A stretch of 36,171 nucleotides of DNA. It comes from Candidatus Zixiibacteriota bacterium. GTDB taxonomy: Bacteria > Zixibacteria > MSB-5A5 > WJJR01. Position numbers and translations under genes: made by a program. Location of the stretch: positions 1 to 36,171 of the forward strand of contig JAVHPP010000007.1 in NCBI GenBank assembly GCA_036170655.1, written 5' to 3'. The notes under the pieces were generated by a model that was not told the DNA's origin, ran no database searches, and saw only the letters and a program-made list of their open reading frames with translations. The first letter of the stretch is position 1, and every line of letters begins with the position of its first letter. This document shows, piece by piece, positions 19,766 to 27,375 of this stretch.

Positions 19766-21946
19766 CTACAACCGCGTTTTCTTGGCGTCCATCTCCCGCC
19801 GTCGGTCTCTCTCGTTGCGATGGATCGGGCAGACCTTCAGCGTGTCGTCGGGGTTTGTATACACTTCCTCATGAGTCTCGGGGCAAAACTCAGTCGCCCG
19901 GAATCCGGACCGGTCACAGGCGCGATCTAAGGTGATCTTCTCCGGAACCGGGAAGTCGATGGCTGGCAGCCCGCGTGTGGCAAACTTCATGAATTCGGTC
20001 CATATTGGCAGTGAAGTCGCGGCGCCCGTCCCCGTCCGATCACCACCGATCGGTGTCTTGAGATCATACCCCACCCACACACCACAGGTGATCTGCGGTG
20101 TAAACCCGACAAACCAATTGTCCATGTATTCATTCGATGTCCCCGTCTTTCCGGCTGCCGGTCGAGTGAACCCCATCCGTCGCGCGCCGGCGCCCGTCCC
20201 CCGGTCAATGACCGACTTCAGCACATGGAGGACCACGTAGGCTGTCTGTGCGGAGAGGACTTCTTCACGGTGCGGCGCCCGTTGCTGCTCGATGGTTTTT
20301 CCAAAGCGGTCGGTGATCTTGCGAATCAGGGTCGGCTCTGTCCTGATTCCACCACTGGGAAACACAGAATACGCGCTCGTGAGATCGAACACAGTAACCT
20401 CCGACGTGCCGATCGCCAGCGAAGGGACTGCACGCAACCGGGAGGTGATGCCCATCTTCTTTGCGTAGTCCACGACACGAATCGGCTCCACCTTTTGCAT
20501 GAGCTTGATGGCGACCAGGTTTCGTGATTCCTGATATCCCTGTCGAATGGTGATCGGTCCTTTGAACTCATGGTCGAAGTTGTCTGGGCTCCACGCGCCT
20601 GAACCGGGGATGAAGAGGGTTATGGGTGTGTCATAGATCGTGTCAGTGGGCTTGAATCCCATCTCGACGGCTGCCGTCAGGACAAACGGCTTGAACGCTG
20701 ACCCCGGCTGGCGCAATGACTGGGTTGCCCGGTTGAACTCGCTCTCGGCAAAATCATACCCACCGACCATCGACAGCACGCCGCCGCTCTTGTTGTCGAT
20801 GGCGATCAGCGCGGCCTGAAGTTTCTTATGCACGCGGATCATCTTCCCGCTGGCGCTGTCGAAGACGAGCTGTGTATAGCGCGGATCGTTCGTGAGGTGT
20901 TTGGCCCGGGCCACGCCGCGCAACGAATCGAGCCGGTCACGGATGACCTCTTCCGCTTGGTGTTGCATCGCCGTGTCAATGGTGGTGTAAACAGACCACC
21001 CCTCGGACATCCAATCCTGATCGCCGTAGCGATTTTCCAGGTAGCGGCGCACCTCCTCGGCGAAGTAGTCTCCGACAAGTCCCATGGTGCCGGACGTACT
21101 GAGCGTGATGGGCAGAGCGGCCAGCGAATCGTACGTGGCCCGGTCGATCTCACCCACACTCATGAGAGAGTGCAGCACGAGATTACGTCTTTCCAGTGCG
21201 CGATCGATGTCGTGCGCTGGTGAAAACCGTGAGGGCGCCGGCAGGAGACCGACCAGCAACGCGGATTCCGAGAGATCAAGATCGGTCGCGCTCTTGCCGA
21301 AGTAGGTCAGCGCCGCTGCCCCGATGCCATAGGCGCCGCTGCCGTAATATGCCTGGTTGAGATACATCTCGAGGATTTCGTTCTTGGCATAGCGGCGTTC
21401 GAGACGAACAGCGGTCATCCACTCTTTCGCTTTGCGGGCAATCGTGCGCTCGGGGGTGAGGAACAAAAGCCGTGCCAGTTGCTGCGTGATGGTCGATCCG
21501 CCCTGAGGGCGTCGTCCGGTCAGGGGACGCAGCACAACGCCGCGGACAATCGCCGTCCACTGCACGCCCCAATGCTTGTAGAAATCGCGGTCCTCCGAGG
21601 CCAGGAGTGCACGGATCATGTGCGGTGAAATCTTCTCGAAGGGCACCAAGACCCGCCGCTCGGTATAGAAATCGTGGAAGGGCTGATCGTAGCGGTCGAA
21701 GAGACGTGTGGAGAGACGCGGTTTGATGTTGTACACGCGCTCGATGGATGGGAGATCCTTACTGTAGTCCAGAAGTGTCTTGGTAATCCCCGCCGCTCCG
21801 AATAACAGCAGGATGGCGAGGATCCAGAGGATATATCGTTGGCCCCGTTTGGCACGGCGTAGCAGTCGTCGCGAGCGATAGAGCGGTTTGCCGCTCGAAC
21901 GTTCCGGGAACTCAGACCAGTTCCATTGTTTGCCCGTATCAGTCAT
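19766..21946 (-). CDS. mrcA: Class A penicillin-binding protein (PBP1A family)
   Basis: N-terminal TM helix; GT51 motifs EDRDFYKHWG, GGSTITQQL, RKAKE; transpeptidase SAFK, SRN, KTGT. Confidence 0.93.
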   Translation of the reverse strand: MTDTGKQWNWSEFPERSSGKPLYRSRRLLRRAKRGQRYILWILAILLLFGAAGITKTLLDYSKDLPSIERVYNIKPRLSTRLFDRYDQPFHDFYTERRVLVPFEKISPHMIRALLASEDRDFYKHWGVQWTAIVRGVVLRPLTGRRPQGGSTITQQLARLLFLTPERTIARKAKEWMTAVRLERRYAKNEILEMYLNQAYYGSGAYGIGAAALTYFGKSATDLDLSESALLVGLLPAPSRFSPAHDIDRALERRNLVLHSLMSVGEIDRATYDSLAALPITLSTSGTMGLVGDYFAEEVRRYLENRYGDQDWMSEGWSVYTTIDTAMQHQAEEVIRDRLDSLRGVARAKHLTNDPRYTQLVFDSASGKMIRVHKKLQAALIAIDNKSGGVLSMVGGYDFAESEFNRATQSLRQPGSAFKPFVLTAAVEMGFKPTDTIYDTPITLFIPGSGAWSPDNFDHEFKGPITIRQGYQESRNLVAIKLMQKVEPIRVVDYAKKMGITSRLRAVPSLAIGTSEVTVFDLTSAYSVFPSGGIRTEPTLIRKITDRFGKTIEQQRAPHREEVLSAQTAYVVLHVLKSVIDRGTGAGARRMGFTRPAAGKTGTSNEYMDNWFVGFTPQITCGVWVGYDLKTPIGGDRTGTGAATSLPIWTEFMKFATRGLPAIDFPVPEKITLDRACDRSGFRATEFCPETHEEVYTNPDDTLKVCPIHRNERDRRREMDAKKTRL

Positions 21947-21994
21947 GTTTTTCTTTTACACGTAAATGGCCTCTCGAAGGCCGGACTGCGTAGC

Positions 21995-22023
21995 AGCATT
22001 CGGCAAGAACCAGAGCGCGTCAA
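21995..22023 (-). promoter_or_regulatory. Candidate sigma70 promoter for the PBP gene
   Basis: Minus strand TTGACG (22023-22018), 17-nt spacer, AATGCT (22000-21995); back to back with the tyrS promoter. Confidence 0.4.
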
Positions 22024-22034
22024 GGAAAAACCCC

Positions 22035-22063
22035 TTGCTGACCTGTATTGGCTGGTCTATCAT
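22035..22063 (+). promoter_or_regulatory. Candidate sigma70 promoter for tyrS-prfB
   Basis: TTGCTG, 17-nt spacer, TATCAT; A-tract upstream; AGGAG SD at 22086-22090. Confidence 0.6.
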
Positions 22064-22100
22064 GCAGAAACTTGGTTCGGACAATAGGAGTTGAGTCACC

Positions 22101-23321
22101 TTGATGAAATCGTTCGAAGAGCAGCTCGCGGTCATTCGCTCGGGTGCGGTCGAGATTCTTCCCGAGGGGGGGCTGGAGAGAAAACTGGCAGCCAGCATCC
22201 GGGAAGACCGCCCGTTGCGCGTCAAGCAGGGGTTCGATCCCACTGCCCCAGACATCCATCTTGGGCATACGGTCGGTCTGCGCAAGTTGAAGCAGTTCCA
22301 GGACTTGGGGCATCACATCGTCCTCATCGTCGGGGACTACACCGGCATGGTTGGTGATCCCTCGGGTCGTTCAGCCACACGTCCCCAGTTGACAGCGGCC
22401 GAAGTCGGCCGGAACGCAGAAACATACCAGCGGCAGTTTTTCAAGGTCCTCGATCGCTCCCAGACAGAGGTCCGGTGGAACGGCGAGTGGTTCTCCAAGA
22501 TGTCATTTGTGGACATCATGCGTCTGGCCTCGCGAATGACCGTTGCGCGCACGCTGGAACGGGATGACTTCGAGAAGCGTTACCGTGCCGGAGAGCCCAT
22601 CTCGGTTCACGAAATGTTCTACCCCTTGATGCAGGCCTACGATTCGGTGGCAGTCAAGGCGGACATCGAAATTGGCGGTACTGACCAGAAATTCAACCTC
22701 CTGACCGGCCGCCAGATTCAGGCCGATTACGGGGTCGAGCCGCAGGCCATCCTCACATTGCCGATTCTCCCCGGCACCGATGGTGTCCAGCGCATGAGCA
22801 AATCGGTTGGAAACTATATTGGTGTCGACGAATCCCCGGAGAGCATGTTCGGCAAGAGCATGTCCATACCGGATGCACTGATCCTCACCTACTTTGAACT
22901 TGTCGCCGATGTGACGCTCGAGCGGCTGGTGGGAATCCGGGATCTACTTCAGGATGGCCACACCAATCCGCGCGACGTCAAGTTGGAACTCGGCGAGACG
23001 CTTGTCCGGATGTACCATGGGGTGGAAGCCGCCCGTGGCGCCAAAGAGGAGTTCATCCGCCAATTCTCGCAGCGTCTGGTCCCCACGGATGTCGGGACCT
23101 GCACAATTGCTGCGCCGGAGCAACGCATGCGACTCGCGGATATTGTGGTGCAAGCCGGCGGCGCCGCCACCCTGAGTGAAGCCAAACGTAAGATCCAGCA
23201 GGGTGGTGTCCGCATCGACGACCAGACGATCAGCGATCCCCAGGCGTTCGTCAGCACGGTCGCCCCCGTCCTCCTCAATGTTGGCAAACGGCTCTACAAA
23301 CGAATTGAATTCAACGGTTAA
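22101..23321 (+). CDS. tyrS: Tyrosine--tRNA ligase
   Basis: GFDPTAPDIHLGH (HIGH), YPLMQAYD, GGTDQKFN, RMSKS (KMSKS variant), C-terminal S4-like domain. Start TTG 22101 or ATG 22104. Confidence 0.97.
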   Translation: MMKSFEEQLAVIRSGAVEILPEGGLERKLAASIREDRPLRVKQGFDPTAPDIHLGHTVGLRKLKQFQDLGHHIVLIVGDYTGMVGDPSGRSATRPQLTAAEVGRNAETYQRQFFKVLDRSQTEVRWNGEWFSKMSFVDIMRLASRMTVARTLERDDFEKRYRAGEPISVHEMFYPLMQAYDSVAVKADIEIGGTDQKFNLLTGRQIQADYGVEPQAILTLPILPGTDGVQRMSKSVGNYIGVDESPESMFGKSMSIPDALILTYFELVADVTLERLVGIRDLLQDGHTNPRDVKLELGETLVRMYHGVEAARGAKEEFIRQFSQRLVPTDVGTCTIAAPEQRMRLADIVVQAGGAATLSEAKRKIQQGGVRIDDQTISDPQAFVSTVAPVLLNVGKRLYKRIEFNG

Positions 23322-23352
23322 GACACCATCAACAGATCGAGAGACAAACACG

Positions 23353-24469
23353 ATGGAAATGCTGGACGCGATCGACCTCAAACTCAGCCGTCTGTGGAGG
23401 TTTCTTTGACATCGAGGGGCTAACGTCGAAGATAGCCGCTCTCGAGGAAAAGACCACGGCCGACGGATTCTGGAACGATGCAGAAGCCGCGCGTAAGATC
23501 CTCAAGGACACTGCACAAGCAAAAGCATGGACGGACGAGTTTCGCGCGTTGAAGCGCCGTCAGGAAGATGCCGCCATTCTCTGGGACATGGCCAGCGAAG
23601 AGGGGGACACCGCCGTCATCGCTGATGCCGCCGGTGAAATCCAGAAGCTGGCGGCGGATGTTGACGCCTACGAATTCAAGAGTCTTCTCTCGGGCGAAGA
23701 TGATCACAACGATGCCATCCTGACCATTCACTCCGGCGCGGGTGGCACCGAGTCGTGTGACTGGGCGGAAATGCTCTTGCGCATGTACACCCGCTGGATT
23801 GAACGTCATGGCTTTCAGTACGACACCCTCGACTACACGGGCGGGGAAGCCGCGGGGATCAAATCGGCCACCCTCGAGGTCAAAGGCGAATTCGTTTATG
23901 GGCATCTGAAAGCGGAAATCGGTGTCCATCGTCTCGTGCGCATTTCCCCGTTCGATGCCAACAAGAGGCGCCATACGTCCTTCGCGTCCGTCTTCGTCAT
24001 TCCTGCAGTGACGGCCGATGTTCCAATCGAGATCAAGGACGATGACGTCCGGATCGACACTTTTCGGTCCTCCGGCGCCGGCGGGCAGCATGTTAACAAA
24101 ACATCATCCGCCATCCGCATCACACACATCCCGACCGGGATCGTGGTGCAGTGCCAGACCGAACGGTCCCAGCACAAGAATCGCGATTCCGCGTTCAAGG
24201 TTCTGCGCGCCCGCCTCTACCAGCTTCAGAAAGAAAAGGAAGCAGCCAAGGTCGCGGAGATCGAGAAAACCAAGAAGAAGATCGAGTGGGGCTCACAGAT
24301 TCGATCCTATGTTTTCCAGCCCTACCAGATGGTGAAAGATCACCGCACGGATATTGAGACATCCAACGTGCAGGCCGTCATGGATGGCGACCTCGACATG
24401 TTCATCAAAGGTTATCTCAGTCATGGGACCGTGGAGAACGCCGTTACGTCCGGAAATGATCTCCCGTGA
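23353..24469 (+). CDS. prfB: Peptide chain release factor 2, expressed through a +1 programmed frameshift
   Basis: ORF0 MEMLDAIDLKLSRLWRFL ends at CTT TGA C (23404-23410). The +1 frame continues DIEGLTSKIAALEEKTTADGFWND into the 23549-24469 ORF carrying SPF and GGQ motifs. Confidence 0.97.
23396..23410 (+). promoter_or_regulatory. RF2 autoregulatory +1 frameshift cassette
   Basis: Internal SD GGAGG, 3-nt spacer, CTT TGA C slippery stop; matches the canonical prfB signal. Confidence 0.95.
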
Positions 24470-24497
24470 CAGCCGCGGAATAGCAGCCCGGCGAAAT

Positions 24498-25901
24498 TCA
24501 GCGGGGCTTGCAGGAATTGGTGGGGAGCGCCATGTCCACCGGCTCGCCGATCAACGTGTTCGCCGTTGCGTCGGTGATCCGGACGTCGCAGAGATCACCA
24601 ATCCGGCGCGAGAGGTCGGCGAATACGACGACCGTGTTGCCGTCGGTGCGGGCTTTCCATTCCGCCGAACGCTTGCGGCTTTCGCCTTCGATGAGGACAT
24701 GCTCGATCCGGCCGATCCTGGCGTGGTGGCGTTGCAGTGAGATCTGACGCTGCACCTCAACCAGATGCGTGACACGCGCTGACTTGACCGCATCAGGCAC
24801 GTCATCGCTCCACAGACGGGCCGCAATGGTCCCCTGACGCGCGGAGTACTTGAAGATGAACGCGGCGTCAAATCCAACCGTGCGCATCACGCTTTCTGTC
24901 TCCTCGAATTCATCGTCTGTCTCGGTCGGAAAGCCGCAGATGATGTCTGTGGTCAGCGTCACGCCGGGAATGGTTGCACGAATCTCATCCGCCAGGCGCA
25001 GGAATGTATCCTGGCTGTAATCACGGTTCATCTTCCGGAGGACACGTGTTGACCCGGCTTGCAAGGGGAGATGAATGTGCTTGCACAAACGACTCTCGGA
25101 GGCGATCACCTGCAGCAGTTTGGCAGGAAAGTCTTTGGGATGTGGTGATGTGAACCGCACTCGTTCGATGCCGTCGACCGCAGCCACCTGCCGCATCAGG
25201 TCGGCAAAATCCGTGCCCTCATAGCGATACGAATTGACATTTTGTCCGAGCAGAGTCACCTGCCGGTATCCTTGTCCGGCCAGTCGCTGTGCTTCGCCGA
25301 CGATCCCCTGGGGATCACGCGAGCGCTCGCGGCCGCGCGTGTAGGGAACAACGCAAAACGTGCAGAAATTATCGCACCCGCGCATCACGGCGATCCAGGC
25401 GTTGACTCCCTCGACCCGGGCGGGTGCAATATCATCGTAGGTCTCATATTCGGACAGCTCGATGGCGGCGCCCCGCTCGCGCATCTCGCGCGCACGGCCA
25501 ATCAATCCGGGCAATTCACGATAGGCATCCGGCCCGCAAATGAAATCGACTGCCGGGAATCGCAGGAGGAGATCCTCTTTCAGGTTTTGGGCCATACACC
25601 CGAGGACGCCAACGATGAGACCGTCGCGTTCCTTCTTCTCCGCCACCAAGGCTCCCAGACGGGCATAAATGCGTGTGTGTGCGGTTTCCCGGATCGCGCA
25701 GGTATTGAAGAGAATGACGTCCGCATCAGTCTCTGATCGGGTAGGCGAATAACCTTCCCGGCGCAGAATCGCCCCGACCAATTCCGAATCGTACTCATTC
25801 ATCTGACATCCGAAGGTCTGGATGTTTACGGTAAGAGCGGGACGTGGAAGTGCTCCACTCGTCTGGACGGATCGCAGAGCCGAAGGTGTCGGAATGTTCA
25901 T
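24498..25901 (-). CDS. miaB: tRNA i6A37 methylthiotransferase MiaB
   Basis: TFGCQMNEYDSE, NTCAIRE, GCMAQ, radical SAM GCDNFCTFCVVPYTRGRERSR, FTSPHP, C-terminal TRAM domain. Confidence 0.95.
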   Translation of the reverse strand: MNIPTPSALRSVQTSGALPRPALTVNIQTFGCQMNEYDSELVGAILRREGYSPTRSETDADVILFNTCAIRETAHTRIYARLGALVAEKKERDGLIVGVLGCMAQNLKEDLLLRFPAVDFICGPDAYRELPGLIGRAREMRERGAAIELSEYETYDDIAPARVEGVNAWIAVMRGCDNFCTFCVVPYTRGRERSRDPQGIVGEAQRLAGQGYRQVTLLGQNVNSYRYEGTDFADLMRQVAAVDGIERVRFTSPHPKDFPAKLLQVIASESRLCKHIHLPLQAGSTRVLRKMNRDYSQDTFLRLADEIRATIPGVTLTTDIICGFPTETDDEFEETESVMRTVGFDAAFIFKYSARQGTIAARLWSDDVPDAVKSARVTHLVEVQRQISLQRHHARIGRIEHVLIEGESRKRSAEWKARTDGNTVVVFADLSRRIGDLCDVRITDATANTLIGEPVDMALPTNSCKPR

Positions 25902-25971
25902 GGGGTTCGACCGCGTTCAGCCGCAGCGGAGCGCTTTGGGTACAATTTCCCGCGATGGCCTCAGTGTCTTG

Positions 25972-27375
25972 TCAGGCCGCCGCCAGACAAAACGCCGCCG
26001 TCGTGTCGTGAATGCGGACCGATGCAATCTCGTTCTCGCCGGCCGCATCCGGTCGGATTCCCACACGAAGATACGATCCCGTGAATCCCTTGCGCCAGCC
26101 GTCGTCGTCAACTGTCTCGAAGAGCACGTCCACCTCGCGTCCGACGTGGTCGGCAAAGAATGTATACTTCTTGTGTTCCGCCAGTGTGTGCATCCGTTCC
26201 GAACGGTCCTTGATTGCCGAAGCATTGCTCTTGCCGTTGTAGCGGACCGCTGCCGTTTTCGGACGTTCCGAGTAGGAAAAGACATGCAGGTACGAAAACG
26301 GCATTTCCTCGATAAAACGCATCGTGCGGGCAAACTCGGTCTCGGATTCTCCGGGGAAGCCGACGATAACATCGGTGCCCAAGCCCAGATCGGGCATCAT
26401 CGCCTTGGCTCTTTGGATGAAGCGCGCGTATTCGCCGGACGTGTAGACGCGCTTCATCTTCAGGAGAATCCCATCGTCCCCCGATTGCAGAGGCAGATGC
26501 AAGTGGCGGCAGGCCTTCGGCGAGGTTGCCATCCACTCCAGCAGGTCATCCCCGACCGTCGAGGGCTCGATGGAGGAAACCCGGACACGGGCAACATGCG
26601 GGATAGCGGAAATCCGCCGGGCAACGTCCGCGACGGTCTCGCCGTTGTGCCGGTATGTCCCAATGTTGACCCCCGTAATGACGATTTCCTTGTGTCCCCG
26701 GTGGGCGAGTTCCGTGGCGTCGGCGATAATGTCTTCCATGGGCCGTGACCGCGCCGCTCCCCGGACGCGTGGCAGGAGGCAAAACGCGCAGCAAAAATCA
26801 CATCCATCCTGGATCTTGACATGAGCGCGTGTGGAGTGTGGATAATACCCTGCCATCGGATAGTCGAAGTCCCCCGTATCGGGTCTGACCGAAACATGGA
26901 TGTCAGGTACGCCATGCCCGACGGGCAATGCTTGGACGACAGAAACGTCATCGGGAGCAAGACCGCGACGATCTCTCGGTGGGGGGGGACTCACTGCGGT
27001 AGGCATCTCGATACCTGACGGCCCGACAACCCGCGCTTCCACCAACTCCGCCAGCGCGTATTTCCTGTCCGTGCCCACGACTAAGTCAACACCCATGATG
27101 GCGGCGACCACCGCTGTGTCCGCCTGCGCGTAGCATCCGACCGCGCAGACAATTGCCTGAGGGGCGTATCTCCGCACCTTGCGAATCTCCTGACGGCATC
27201 GCTGATCGGCATGGTCGGTCACCGAGCAGGTGTTGATGACCGCAACATCTACGGGCGCGCCATGCTCTGCGACCACATAACCTCTGGTTCGGAACGACTC
27301 AGCCATGAGCGCGGTCTCGGCCTGGTTGAGACGGCAACCGAGTGTGTAGAAGGAGACCCGTCGCAATGCGTTCAC
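25972..27375 (-). CDS. mtaB: tRNA t6A37 methylthiotransferase MtaB-like
   Basis: TLGCRLNQAET, INTCSVT, GCYAQ, KIQDGCDFCCAFC, RVSSIEP, HLPLQSG, HVFSYSERP. GTG start overlaps the upstream stop. Confidence 0.88.
   Translation of the reverse strand: MNALRRVSFYTLGCRLNQAETALMAESFRTRGYVVAEHGAPVDVAVINTCSVTDHADQRCRQEIRKVRRYAPQAIVCAVGCYAQADTAVVAAIMGVDLVVGTDRKYALAELVEARVVGPSGIEMPTAVSPPPPRDRRGLAPDDVSVVQALPVGHGVPDIHVSVRPDTGDFDYPMAGYYPHSTRAHVKIQDGCDFCCAFCLLPRVRGAARSRPMEDIIADATELAHRGHKEIVITGVNIGTYRHNGETVADVARRISAIPHVARVRVSSIEPSTVGDDLLEWMATSPKACRHLHLPLQSGDDGILLKMKRVYTSGEYARFIQRAKAMMPDLGLGTDVIVGFPGESETEFARTMRFIEEMPFSYLHVFSYSERPKTAAVRYNGKSNASAIKDRSERMHTLAEHKKYTFFADHVGREVDVLFETVDDDGWRKGFTGSYLRVGIRPDAAGENEIASVRIHDTTAAFCLAAA

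Noticed and set aside
21947..22100. T-box leader upstream of tyrS
   Set aside because: The gap is short, holds back-to-back promoter motifs, and has no T-box consensus or terminator.
22792..22806. TyrRS KMSKS motif reads RMSKS
   Set aside because: Conservative change at the variable first position; the catalytic second Lys is retained.
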